Shown: positions 10,570 to 20,640 of the stretch, piece by piece
Layout: each line of letters begins with the position of its first letter
Position numbering within the stretch: the first letter of the stretch is position 1
Translations under genes and position numbers: made by a program
Notes under the pieces: generated by a model
The model's input: only the letters and a program-made list of their open reading frames with translations
Told to the model about the DNA's origin: nothing
The model's database searches: none
Source of the DNA: Promethearchaeota archaeon
GTDB lineage: Archaea > Asgardarchaeota > Lokiarchaeia > Sigyniarchaeales > SOKP01
Assembly (NCBI GenBank): GCA_048937405.1
Contig: JBHLNF010000011.1
Span: 5,972-69,971, forward strand
DNA length: 64,000 nucleotides
Direction: 5' to 3'

Positions 10570-11301
10570 ATTTCAATTGATTGGGCAAAAGCAGAAGAAA
10601 AACCAGAAAAGAAGCTAGCTGTAGAAGGGAGATTTTTGCTGGATCTTAGATCAAAAGTCAATAGTATTGAAAAGCAATTAGCTCAAAAAAAGAAAGATTT
10701 AGAAAATACTTCAAATGAATTAAAGACAACAAAAGAAGAATTAACGAAGGTTAATAATAAATTAGAAGAAATAAATAGTAAGTTTATGGAAAGTAATAAA
10801 AACTATGAAAGGGTAAAAGATGAGAAGCTTTATGGGGATGCTGAAATTAATAAGTTAAAAACCGCAAAATCGGATTTAGAAAACAAAATAACCGAATCTA
10901 CTTCAAAGGTAGAGGATTTGGATAATAAGTTGAAAGAAGCTACTATTAAGATTGAAATACTAGAAAAGGGGGAAAGTGAACTTAAAACTAAGTTTGAAAA
11001 AGAAATAGAAGAAATTAAAGCAAATTTACAACAACGAGAAAATGAACTTGAGAGCGTAAAAAAGGAATTACAGACATCAGTTTCAGATAAATATGTAGAA
11101 ACAGAAAGTTTTAAAGAAGAAATAGACGCGAAGGAAAAAGAACTTATAGAATTAAAGCAAAAAGTGTCCACTCTTGAAGAAAAGATTGCAGAAGCTAAAG
11201 GAGCACCCCAACTTATTGAAAAAATTAAAGATATTATGATTCACAAAGGTTTCTTAAGCGATAGAGAATTTGATGAACTTTTACTTCAACCAGGCGATTA
11301 A
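10570..11301 (+). CDS. coiled-coil protein, paralog B (probable ATT start, extended upstream of ORF-track start 10636)
   Basis: ATT 10570 begins SIDWAKAEEKPEKKLAVEGRFLLDLR; GGTGA at 10558-10562; C-terminal KGFLSDRE motif. Confidence 0.8.
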   Translation: MSIDWAKAEEKPEKKLAVEGRFLLDLRSKVNSIEKQLAQKKKDLENTSNELKTTKEELTKVNNKLEEINSKFMESNKNYERVKDEKLYGDAEINKLKTAKSDLENKITESTSKVEDLDNKLKEATIKIEILEKGESELKTKFEKEIEEIKANLQQRENELESVKKELQTSVSDKYVETESFKEEIDAKEKELIELKQKVSTLEEKIAEAKGAPQLIEKIKDIMIHKGFLSDREFDELLLQPGD

Positions 11302-11327
11302 CTACATAATTTTTTTTTATTATTAGA

Positions 11328-12422
11328 ATGGTAAAATTAATCTGGAAAAATAAAAGAGATACAACTTTTAAATTAGAGGATCTAAAAGAATTTTCTCCAG
11401 ATTACTTTAAAACTTTTGAATATCATGGAATTAATTTCGATGAAAAAAGTGAAAATGTAAAAAATTTAAATTTTTGGAGAAATAAAATTTTTTGGGGAGA
11501 TAATGTAAAAGTTTTAAGCTTTTTGTTAAAAAATTATAGCGAAAAAATCGATTTAATTTATATAGATCCCCCTTTCTTCTCAGGAACTAATTATCACATA
11601 CAAATAAAAGAACAAGATAATTTTTATGATTCTATGGCATATTATGACCATTGGGACAGAGATTTAGACTCCTACTTACATATGTTATATGAAAGAATAA
11701 TTTTATTCAAAGAATTGCTATCAAAAAAAGGATTAATATTTATTCATTCAGACTGGCATGCAAATCATTATATTAGATTAATTCTTGATGAAATTTTTGG
11801 AGAGAGAAGATTTGTAAATACTATTATCTGGTATTATTATAACAAATATTCAGCAGGAAAGAAAAATCTACCAAGAGCCTATGATACAATTTTAGTATAT
11901 TCAAAATCTAATAATTATACTTTCAATCAAATTAGGATACCTCGAAAAGAGCCTCGAAAACAATTAAAAAGAGAGATGGTAAATGGAGTCTTAAAAAATG
12001 CTAAAGATAAGAATGGACATGTTATATATAGAATTGTTACAGACAAAAAAATGGATGATGTTTGGAAAATACCTTGTTTACAACCCGCTTCAAAAGAATA
12101 TACAGGTTTTCCTACTCAAAAGCACCATAAGTTACTTGAAAGAATTATTAAAATAGGATCTAATGAAGGAGATCTAGTTGCTGACTTTTTTTGCGGTTCT
12201 GGTACAACTTTATTAATGGCTGAAAAATTAAAGAGGAGATGGATAGGGTGTGATATTTCAGAATATTCGATATATTTAACTAGAAAAAGAGTATTAAATT
12301 ATCAAAAAGACACAAAAATTTATTATCCATTTGAAATTCTCTCAGACTTTAGTGAAAGGAAGAATGAAATTCTTAAATCAGGTTTTTTTCAGAAAGATTT
12401 TTCAATAAATAGAAAGAAATAG
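11328..12422 (+). CDS. site-specific DNA amino-methyltransferase (beta class, Mod-like), no adjacent nuclease
   Basis: IDLIYIDPPF motif IV precedes DFFCGSGTT motif I; FPTQK motif. Confidence 0.92.
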   Translation: MVKLIWKNKRDTTFKLEDLKEFSPDYFKTFEYHGINFDEKSENVKNLNFWRNKIFWGDNVKVLSFLLKNYSEKIDLIYIDPPFFSGTNYHIQIKEQDNFYDSMAYYDHWDRDLDSYLHMLYERIILFKELLSKKGLIFIHSDWHANHYIRLILDEIFGERRFVNTIIWYYYNKYSAGKKNLPRAYDTILVYSKSNNYTFNQIRIPRKEPRKQLKREMVNGVLKNAKDKNGHVIYRIVTDKKMDDVWKIPCLQPASKEYTGFPTQKHHKLLERIIKIGSNEGDLVADFFCGSGTTLLMAEKLKRRWIGCDISEYSIYLTRKRVLNYQKDTKIYYPFEILSDFSERKNEILKSGFFQKDFSINRKK

Positions 12423-12564
12423 TGAGAATTTCCTTAATTGTTAAATTCGATTTTATAATTAGAATATTTTAGAAGAGCTTTTTAATATAGGATATTACAT
12501 AATTTAATTTATATTAAAAGTAATTTAATTTAACAACCTAAAATTAAAATTTTATATTGGTTAA

Positions 12565-13839
12565 ATGAATTTAAAGTTCAATATCATTCATAAAATCAAG
12601 GATCTATGGGAACAAAAAATATTTAGGTATGCTCTAATCCTTCATAGTTTTTATTTTATTCTTTCAATAATTCTTTTTTTTGCTTTTTTTCAAGAAAAAA
12701 ATGATTTTATAATTTTTTATAATGCAGGAAATATCTTTATCAATGATATTGAGAATCTGTACAATCAAAATTATTATTTATGGGATTTTAGATATTTACC
12801 ATTTTCAGCATTATTTTTTATCCCATTTTCCTTTTTGAATTTTCAAGTGGCATTTATAATCTTTAATATTTGTAATTTAATCCTCAACTTTCTGATTTGT
12901 GTTATCCTTTTCAAGATAATATTATTAATAAGAAATGAAGATCATGAAAAAGATGATAAAAGAGTTATTTTATATATATCTATTTACTTAATGGGGCTAC
13001 CACATATACTAAATTATATATATGGTCAAATAAATCTTTATATCACTTTTTTTATTTTAATTTCTCTCTATATTTTTCTTAAATATACAGAATTAAAATG
13101 GCAATTATTTGGAAGTATTATTCTAGGAATAAGTATTATTATAAAACCTACAGCTTTTTTCTTGATACCATTTTTGATAATTCTTAATATTGATTTGGAG
13201 AATAAAAGAATAAGATTTGATTTTTTTAAAACTACAATTCGATTAATAGGAGTTATTATACCAATATTTTTTAATTTCATTCTATTTTTACTAATCCCTA
13301 GTATATGGAAAGGTTTTCTTGATACGAATTTTACAGGTAATAATCCAATTGCTCTAAATTTTTCATTTAGTATAACTAAAATAATCACCAACTTTTGTTA
13401 TTTTTACAATATTCCTTTTAATCAAATGTTTGTGTTATTAGGAGTAATTGGAATAGTTGGAGGTTTAGGATTCTTCATTTTTATTATAAATCGATTAGAA
13501 AAGGATTCTATTATATATGGTTATGCTTTTGGAATATTAATTATGTTATTAGCTTATTTTGATTCATGGGATCATCATTTGCTTAATTTAACACCCATTT
13601 TAATTATAATAATTTTTAACTTACCACGTAACTCTGAAATAACTAGTTCAATAAAATTAAATTTATTTTTCTTTAATTTTTTTGATCTTGCATTTGTAGG
13701 TATTTGGTACCTTATATATCCCTTATTTCCATATAATCTTATACCTACTTTTTTCTTGATTCTATCTTTCTATGGAATAAGTAAATATAGTCTATTAAAG
13801 CAGGAAGAGAGAAAAAAAAAAGGAGATGAGATCTTTTGA
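12565..13839 (+). CDS. GT-C membrane glycosyltransferase (GT87/DUF2029-like), paralog 1
   Basis: NDFxxFY, FRYLP, GQIN, IKP, WDHH motifs in a multi-TM protein. Confidence 0.8.
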   Translation: MNLKFNIIHKIKDLWEQKIFRYALILHSFYFILSIILFFAFFQEKNDFIIFYNAGNIFINDIENLYNQNYYLWDFRYLPFSALFFIPFSFLNFQVAFIIFNICNLILNFLICVILFKIILLIRNEDHEKDDKRVILYISIYLMGLPHILNYIYGQINLYITFFILISLYIFLKYTELKWQLFGSIILGISIIIKPTAFFLIPFLIILNIDLENKRIRFDFFKTTIRLIGVIIPIFFNFILFLLIPSIWKGFLDTNFTGNNPIALNFSFSITKIITNFCYFYNIPFNQMFVLLGVIGIVGGLGFFIFIINRLEKDSIIYGYAFGILIMLLAYFDSWDHHLLNLTPILIIIIFNLPRNSEITSSIKLNLFFFNFFDLAFVGIWYLIYPLFPYNLIPTFFLILSFYGISKYSLLKQEERKKKGDEIF

Positions 13840-14606
13840 AGAGGAAGGTTATTTTATTGAATTTTATATTTGTTTTGTTATCATTATATTACGGGATTTT
13901 ATATGTAAACGCTAGTACCTATAGTATGGGCGTACAAAATGGTCAAGAATTGACATGGAAATGCAATGTGTGTAATGAAATGGAAATGACTAGTATTTTT
14001 GGTGAAGAATGGGATGATATAGGTTTTTTCAAAAATTTAAGTAAAGGTAAAAGTATGAAATGGCGAATCAATAACATAGAAATTTATGAATCTGTTATAA
14101 ATCTTAATTTTAGCATATGGGTGTGGAATAATAGAAAAGATTGGGGTGTTAAAGACAGTGATTCCCAAATTACATTTTTTTCCAATCCAAATGATTACTC
14201 TGAAATGATAAATTTTTCTGAATATTCATCTCTAGTACCATTTTGGTTTCCTATTCCTGTAGGTGAATATATTGGTAGATTAAATCTTACTGATTGGTAT
14301 GAGGTAGACAATAGAGTGTTGCCTACTATAAATGTTAATATTGTAGAAAATGCAATTTCTCCTGAAGTTCCCTCAAAAGATATTAAAATTATCGCAATCT
14401 ATAATGATCAAGGAGTACTAAATTCATATAAACTCTATATAGGGCATTTTTATGTAATTCTAGATTTTAATTTAGATTCTTTACCTGTTTATGTTATACC
14501 TACATTAATTGGATTGGTATCGGTATTTCTTTTAGGATTAACAATATTTATAATAATGAAAAAAAAGAGAAATCTCTCAGAAGTAAAAAAGTTAGATAAA
14601 GATTGA
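13836..14606 (+). CDS. putative surface protein with signal sequence and C-terminal TM anchor
   Basis: N-terminal hydrophobic stretch, C-terminal TM followed by KKKR; overlaps both GT87 genes by 4 nt. Confidence 0.75.
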   Translation: MKRKVILLNFIFVLLSLYYGILYVNASTYSMGVQNGQELTWKCNVCNEMEMTSIFGEEWDDIGFFKNLSKGKSMKWRINNIEIYESVINLNFSIWVWNNRKDWGVKDSDSQITFFSNPNDYSEMINFSEYSSLVPFWFPIPVGEYIGRLNLTDWYEVDNRVLPTINVNIVENAISPEVPSKDIKIIAIYNDQGVLNSYKLYIGHFYVILDFNLDSLPVYVIPTLIGLVSVFLLGLTIFIIMKKKRNLSEVKKLDKD

Positions 14607-15901
14607 GCATGAGAAATAATATTAATAGAATAAAAAAAATGTTTAGGGACTTATGGAAATACAAGATTTTTCGTTATGCTATATTAATTAATATATTTTA
14701 CTTTATATTATCTTTAATTTTAACTCTGTTTTTTTTAAGAAATAGAAATGATTTTTTAGTATATTATGAAGGAGGGAAAGTTTTCATCAATAATGTGAAT
14801 GAACTTTATAATAACGATTATTATACTTCCGATTGGCCATTCAGATATTTCCCAATATCAGCTATCTTTTTTGTCCCTTTTTATTTAATGGGTTTTGATT
14901 TAGGATTTATCATATTTAATTTCATTAATCTGATACTGAATATTATAATCTGTTTTGTTCTTTATAAATTAATTATTCTCATTAGAAGTGAAGACCATGA
15001 ACAAAAGGATAAAAGAATTGTATTGTATATTAGCATGTTTTTAATGGGTTTACCTAACATATTTAATTATATTTTAGGACAAATTAATCTATATATTACT
15101 CTTTTAATTTTAGTATCACTTTACCTCTTCCTAAAATTTGAAGATACTAAGTATAATTTGATAGCTAGTATTATTTTAGGGATTAGTATATTATTTAAAC
15201 CTATTACTATCTTTTTAATCCCTTTTTTAATGGTTATTCATTTTGATTTAGAGCAAAAGAAATTTGAACTTAAATTTTTTAAGTCAATAATTCGTTTAAT
15301 TGGTTTTCTAATACCAGTATCACTAAATTTTTTGGTGTTTTTAATGTATCCTGAATTATTAAAAGGATTTTTAGATGTAAACCTTACTGGAGAGGATACT
15401 GTGATTGTAAATCACTCATTTAGTATAACCAAACTCATTCAAAATTTCTTTATAGTTATAGGTTTTTCGCAAGAACAATTATTAAGTTTTCAATTACCAA
15501 TTTTTCTAATTATTATTATTATTTTAGGTGGAATAGGATTCAGTTTCTATATAATGAGGAAATTTGAGAATTATTCTTTAATTTATGGATATACTTTTGG
15601 AATTTTAATTATGCTTCTTGGATATTTTGATTCTTGGGATCATCACCTCTTGATTCTAACACCTCTTTTGATAATTATCATATTTAATTTACCAAGAAGA
15701 TCAGATTTAACAAGAAAATTCAATAAACCTAGTTTTTTCTTCTTAAATTTCTTTGATTTAGCTTTTTTTGGAGTATGGGTTCTTATTCAAGACTGGTTTC
15801 CATTTAATTTTGCGAGTACTATCTTTTTATTACTATTATTTTATAGCAATTGTAAATGTTGTTTAATAAAAGTTATGCCCATAAATAATAATAAATTCTA
15901 A
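14603..15901 (+). CDS. GT-C membrane glycosyltransferase (GT87/DUF2029-like), paralog 2
   Basis: Same motifs as paralog 1 (NDFLVYY, FRYFP, GQIN, FKP, WDHH). Confidence 0.8.
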   Translation: MSMRNNINRIKKMFRDLWKYKIFRYAILINIFYFILSLILTLFFLRNRNDFLVYYEGGKVFINNVNELYNNDYYTSDWPFRYFPISAIFFVPFYLMGFDLGFIIFNFINLILNIIICFVLYKLIILIRSEDHEQKDKRIVLYISMFLMGLPNIFNYILGQINLYITLLILVSLYLFLKFEDTKYNLIASIILGISILFKPITIFLIPFLMVIHFDLEQKKFELKFFKSIIRLIGFLIPVSLNFLVFLMYPELLKGFLDVNLTGEDTVIVNHSFSITKLIQNFFIVIGFSQEQLLSFQLPIFLIIIIILGGIGFSFYIMRKFENYSLIYGYTFGILIMLLGYFDSWDHHLLILTPLLIIIIFNLPRRSDLTRKFNKPSFFFLNFFDLAFFGVWVLIQDWFPFNFASTIFLLLLFYSNCKCCLIKVMPINNNKF

Positions 15902-15975
15902 ATATGATAATTGAAGATATATAAACAGATAATAAAATCCGATATTTTATCATCAAACTAAAATTTAAAACAAAA

Positions 15976-16707
15976 ATGTTAGAATTTTATCCTCAGCCAT
16001 TATTACTAATTTTTGCTCCAGCTTTTACTTTGGGAATTCTTCATACTCTAATGCCTTGTGAGGATAAAGCAATATTTTTTTTTTGGTCATTTGGTATCTC
16101 AAAAACTCTTAAAAAAAGTGTTTATATCTTGGTGCTTTATGGATTAGGTTTAATGACTTCAAATATGGTACTTGCTACTATCACTATTTTAATAAGTTTT
16201 ATTCCTCGCCTTTTGATACCAGGAATACATCAAATACCACCTAATATAATTAACTTTTTTGGAGCTATGACATCTATGTTTGCAGGATTTATTTTGTTAT
16301 TATTTTATACAAGTAAGGGTTATATGCCTCATTCAAAAAGAAAAGATGAAATTTTTGAATTTAACTGGGAAAAAAAGAAGACTCCTTATTTATTTGGAAT
16401 ATTAGCAGGATTTGCTCCATGTATTTTTGAGTTTTTTATTTATTCTCAATGTTTAACATATTCGTTAGGTGCTTGGTGGGGATTTATTGATGGAATTTTT
16501 ACTGTGTTTTATTTTTCATTAGGTACATTTATCGGATTATTTCCTTTAGCTTTAGCTAAACACGGGACATCTCAAATTATGAAATCTACTTCATCAAAAA
16601 GGAACTGGACATTAATAACTATGTTCGTCATAATAATATTAGTTAATACTTTAATTATGATCTTATCATTTTTAGGGGTTTATATGTTCCCAGAATCTAC
16701 TTTTTAG
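15976..16707 (+). CDS. LysE-superfamily membrane protein (NiCoT/UreH/DsbD_2-like)
   Basis: GILHTLMPCED and GILAGFAPC motifs, about 6 TM. Confidence 0.65.
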   Translation: MLEFYPQPLLLIFAPAFTLGILHTLMPCEDKAIFFFWSFGISKTLKKSVYILVLYGLGLMTSNMVLATITILISFIPRLLIPGIHQIPPNIINFFGAMTSMFAGFILLLFYTSKGYMPHSKRKDEIFEFNWEKKKTPYLFGILAGFAPCIFEFFIYSQCLTYSLGAWWGFIDGIFTVFYFSLGTFIGLFPLALAKHGTSQIMKSTSSKRNWTLITMFVIIILVNTLIMILSFLGVYMFPESTF

Positions 16708-16867
16708 TTTATTTCAGAAATATCTCTCACAATATAATTGCAAAATTTAAAAGCCTATAGAAAATTCCATTGATAATAAAAAAATAAATTGGACTCCCAA
16801 TAAAATATTAAGCAAGTTTTTTTTTAAATATAATATAGATTCAAAAATAAAAATTTTATTTCGAACT

Positions 16868-19240
16868 ATGAAATGTTTATTCTGTGAAAGCCAAAGAATT
16901 GACTTTACCTGTGAAAAATGTAAATCGAGTTTTTGTATCAATCATATAGCAACCACAGAAACTCATGAATGTCGAAAGCACAATCTTTTCTATTCAAAAG
17001 TAAAGGCATTAGAAAGAAATTATAAGTGTACAGTTATAGAAAATAGTGAATGTCCTGTTTGTAAACATGTTCTAAGATTAGAACGATTATCTTCAGGTCA
17101 ATACTATTTGGAATGTACTAACACCGAATGCCCGGAAGCATGGAATTCATATTTAAAGACACCAGGCTTATTTTTTCCCTCAAAAGAAAAATTAGCTAGA
17201 GAAGCAATAAGATATAACCTTATGAGAGGAAATAAAATGATATTATGTAGTAAGAAATTGAGGCATATTATAGGGAGGGAAATCTGTCCTAAATGCTTTT
17301 TGGATCTATTAAAAAGAGCTCCGATAATTAACTTTTCAACAATTATTAATTCATTTAATATTTCAACAGATCAAATGATCAAATTCATCAATAAATATAT
17401 GGAAGAAGAAAGAATTTATGGAATTGTTGATCAAAAAAACCAGATGTTTTATTATATCTCCACCGAAATACGGAAAAAAGTACTAGCAAAGTTTCAGAGT
17501 GAAGGTATAATAAAGGTAGCAGATCTAGGAATAATGCTTGACATGAGTTCTGAAATTGCTCTCAAGGTGATTTATAAATTAATTAATCAATTCCAAATAA
17601 AAGGTTCTTTCTCATTAGATAAACAGACATATTATACTCAAAAATATATCCTAGATAATTTAATTAAAGAAATTAAAGCTAAAGGAAGGGCCTCTTTAAA
17701 AGAACTTGCTAATAATTTCCATATTCCAAAAGAACTTGTAAAATCATTTTGCGTTAATATAATGAGGACAAAATCCATAAATGGATTTTTTGCAGATCGT
17801 GGAAATGAAATTATTACAGCAGATCAGATTAATAAGGATATCAAACTTTTTTCTAAAGAGGCGGGATTATTTGAGCTTTCAAAACTAGCCACTAAATTGA
17901 AAATTGCTGTTGAGTTAGCACGAAAAAGCCTTCATGAACTTATTAAAACAGGTTCAATAAAAGGACTCTTTACACAAAGAAGAGAATTTATGACAAATAA
18001 ATATATGGAGAAAAAAATAAAAGAACTTGCTCGAGCATACAGAACTATGCCTTTAAGAGAATTATCTAATAGATTAGGAGTAACTGAATCAAGTATTGAA
18101 GAGAATTTAGCGCAGATTATTGCTCGAGGTGATATTGATGGATATATTGATATGTCAAAGAGAACATTTGTAGCTTACAGTGTACCAATGGAGGTAAAAG
18201 CTCAATCAAAACAGAAAATAACTAAAGACCCTACTGATGGTGGGAAAATTGAAGTAGTTCGTGAATACGATTTTATTGGAGGACAATTACACTATAAAGT
18301 AGTCATCCGCAATCAGGGCAATATGGCAATAAACTCAGTCAAAGTACTCCTGGACGTACCAACTAGTTATAAAGCTAAGGATCATTTAATTAATATACCA
18401 GTTATTGAAGCTAAAAATTCTAGGGGCGTTGATTTCTATTTGGAACCAAAAGAATGTGGAATATCGAATATAGGTGGTGATGTAATCTATAAAACAGCAT
18501 CAGGCGACAAAAAAACTGTCCATATTAGAAAAAAAGAAGTGCAAATAAAATGTCCATTGGTAGTCTCTTGTCTAGCTACAATTGAAGATATTCAAATTGC
18601 AATTGCAGATCTTCCTAATGATGCTCGAGCATTTTTAATTGCCGATTTAGACCCCCGCTTGGCATTTAGAGCGGCAGTAAGAACAATAAAGCGTTTTGAA
18701 GTAAGTACAGTAACTTCTCACGAAGGCAATGATGCGAAAGGTAAATATGAAGCAGAAAGTTGGCATTGTTCAGAAGCAAAGGTTGGTGGTGGAAGGATTA
18801 TAACACGAGTTTATGTATCTGAAGCAAATCAGTCTTTGGAGGTTAGAGTTTGGTGTAACCACCCAGGTCAACTCACTGGTTTCCTTGCCAAAATAATAGA
18901 GCTTTTATTTGAGGAAATAAATATAATAAGGAAGATTAAATCCGAGGAACGAGAAAAAACAATTGATGTCATGGCGATTACCCAAAATTTGGCAGAAATT
19001 TCTGACTATTGTATGTTAAGATGGAAAGCTCAAAATATAAGAAACAAATTACATGATACTTTTGTACGACTACGAAAAGTATTAGGTGAAAAAGAAGCCA
19101 TTCTTGGTAGAATTGAGTTTTGGCTTACTCAATTGAATAAATACGGCAAAGATGATAAAATTAGTGATGAAGACGCTGATAAATTAGTAAATGATGTTGA
19201 AAATTTTAGAAATGTTATTGCAAGATCTATTAAATTATAA
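16868..19240 (+). CDS. multidomain protein: Cys/His Zn-fingers + tandem winged-helix/PCI repeats + Ig-like/platform C-terminal region
   Basis: CxxC clusters aa 3-145; repeated L..LA..L.I.......L..LI..G.I.G pattern ending GDIDGYID (PCI-type); KVVIRNQGNMAINSVKVLLDVP beta-sandwich. Confidence 0.75.
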   Translation: MKCLFCESQRIDFTCEKCKSSFCINHIATTETHECRKHNLFYSKVKALERNYKCTVIENSECPVCKHVLRLERLSSGQYYLECTNTECPEAWNSYLKTPGLFFPSKEKLAREAIRYNLMRGNKMILCSKKLRHIIGREICPKCFLDLLKRAPIINFSTIINSFNISTDQMIKFINKYMEEERIYGIVDQKNQMFYYISTEIRKKVLAKFQSEGIIKVADLGIMLDMSSEIALKVIYKLINQFQIKGSFSLDKQTYYTQKYILDNLIKEIKAKGRASLKELANNFHIPKELVKSFCVNIMRTKSINGFFADRGNEIITADQINKDIKLFSKEAGLFELSKLATKLKIAVELARKSLHELIKTGSIKGLFTQRREFMTNKYMEKKIKELARAYRTMPLRELSNRLGVTESSIEENLAQIIARGDIDGYIDMSKRTFVAYSVPMEVKAQSKQKITKDPTDGGKIEVVREYDFIGGQLHYKVVIRNQGNMAINSVKVLLDVPTSYKAKDHLINIPVIEAKNSRGVDFYLEPKECGISNIGGDVIYKTASGDKKTVHIRKKEVQIKCPLVVSCLATIEDIQIAIADLPNDARAFLIADLDPRLAFRAAVRTIKRFEVSTVTSHEGNDAKGKYEAESWHCSEAKVGGGRIITRVYVSEANQSLEVRVWCNHPGQLTGFLAKIIELLFEEINIIRKIKSEEREKTIDVMAITQNLAEISDYCMLRWKAQNIRNKLHDTFVRLRKVLGEKEAILGRIEFWLTQLNKYGKDDKISDEDADKLVNDVENFRNVIARSIKL

Positions 19241-19319
19241 TAGTATTTTATCAAAAAAAAATTTATAAATCTATATATCTAGTATTATTATTAAATAGGA
19301 AACAAAGAGGAATAAAAAA

Positions 19320-19736
19320 ATGCCTATAATTAGCATTAGTATTAATGAGAGTCTTAAAAAATTTATAAATAAACTTGTTTCAAAAAATCACTATGATAAT
19401 AAATCTAAATTGATCCGAGATGCTTTATTACGCTTGATGTCAACAGAAGATATATCCTCTAGTCTCGATTCATCAAGCGAGTTAATCCCCATTACAAAAA
19501 ATATAATTGGTAATATGATCATCGTCGCTCCAAATGAGCAATATGTTCAAAAGAAATTAAACAGAATTGAAAACGAATATATAGAGGAAATAGTAAGTAA
19601 AAATCAACATTTTGTAAATAATAGTTGTATCACATTCATGGTTTATGATGGAAATCTTCAAGGATTCCAAAAACTTGTTGTTGAAATAAATAGCATTGAA
19701 GAGATTAAGAATTTCCGGTATCTTATAATCAATTAA
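19320..19736 (+). CDS. CopG/NikR-like ribbon-helix-helix regulator with C-terminal ACT-like domain
   Basis: MPIISISINESL...YDNKSKLIRDAL RHH signature. Confidence 0.85.
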   Translation: MPIISISINESLKKFINKLVSKNHYDNKSKLIRDALLRLMSTEDISSSLDSSSELIPITKNIIGNMIIVAPNEQYVQKKLNRIENEYIEEIVSKNQHFVNNSCITFMVYDGNLQGFQKLVVEINSIEEIKNFRYLIIN

Positions 19737-19816
19737 ACTATTTAATTTATTGTTTGATTTATAATAATTATTTAATGAAATTTGGAATATTATATATTCA
19801 ATTTTGGTGAATTTCT

Positions 19817-20176
19817 ATGGGAAAAAATAAATATGGAAAGGGATTTCAAAAAGGATCACAATCAAAAGGAAGAGGTTCTAAAACAGGAGGTGCTCCTATT
19901 CGCGGAGGTAAAATTAAAGCTAGTCACATTTTAGTAGAAAAATTTACTAAAGCTCAAGAGATTTATGAAGATTTAAAGACAGGTGAAAAATTTGAGGAAT
20001 TAGCAAGCAATTATTCCACATGTTCGAGTAAGAAAAGAGGTGGTAATTTAGGTGAATTTGCTAAAGGAGATATGGTTCCAGAGTTCTGGAATGCATGCAC
20101 GAAGCTGAAAATAGGTGAGATTTCCCAACCAGTAAAATCCAAATTTGGATACCATATAATTAAAAGAACTGGTTGA
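19817..20176 (+). CDS. parvulin-type peptidyl-prolyl isomerase with basic G/K-rich N-terminus (Par14/PIN4-like)
   Basis: IKASHILV, GGNLG, MVPEF, PVKSKFGYHII. Confidence 0.93.
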   Translation: MGKNKYGKGFQKGSQSKGRGSKTGGAPIRGGKIKASHILVEKFTKAQEIYEDLKTGEKFEELASNYSTCSSKKRGGNLGEFAKGDMVPEFWNACTKLKIGEISQPVKSKFGYHIIKRTG

Positions 20177-20180
20177 AAAG

Positions 20181-20312
20181 AAAATCTGAATCCCTTGCGG
20201 GGATAATCATCCAATAACTAAAGTTTTTTTATAGGAATCATTTTTCTCAGATTAAGTATAATAAAAATCTTTAATTTTTTTCAGAATTTTTGGTTTGTAA
20301 TATTTATTCTTT
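20181..20312. repeat. imperfect direct repeat, copy 1 (structured core 20185-20253)
   Basis: ctgaatccc..ggataatcatcc.ataactaa..tttttttataggaatcatttttctca shared with 20641-20775. Confidence 0.8.
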
Positions 20313-20318
20313 ATCTCT

Positions 20319-20519
20319 CTATCCTTCTTTTACTTCTTTTCTGTAGAATACAATGGAAACTATCGCACCAATATAACAAAATATTGCGGGAATCATTAAA
20401 TATTCAAATGTCATTCCTCATGATTTTATAAAAATAGCGTAGTAAAGAAGAGCAGTACCAATAATTATGAATAAAAAAGTGGCAGTAATAAATATGCTTT
20501 TTCGATTGCTATTATCCAT
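20319..20519 (-). pseudogene. small two-TM ORF interrupted by an in-frame TGA
   Basis: Reads MDNSNRKSIFITATFLFIIIGTALLYYAIFIKS*GMTFEYLMIPAIFCYIGAIVSIVFYRKEVKEG*. Confidence 0.5.
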
Positions 20520-20640
20520 TGAATTTTAACCTTTACTTTTTATTTATTATGTAATTAGTTTATAAAAATCAATCTTTTCTTTTATATTTAAAGAAGCAAT
20601 TCTTGATTTTTTCATTACTGTAAATTGTAAATAAAAGGTA

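Noticed and set aside
9687-11301. Coiled-coil pair as the missing chemoreceptors or as SMC/ESCRT-III proteins
   Set aside because: No MCP hairpin-tip motif, no Walker motifs, no clear Snf7 pattern
11328-12422. DNA methyltransferase as part of a restriction-modification or defence system
   Set aside because: No Res, REase or specificity gene adjacent; looks like an orphan MTase
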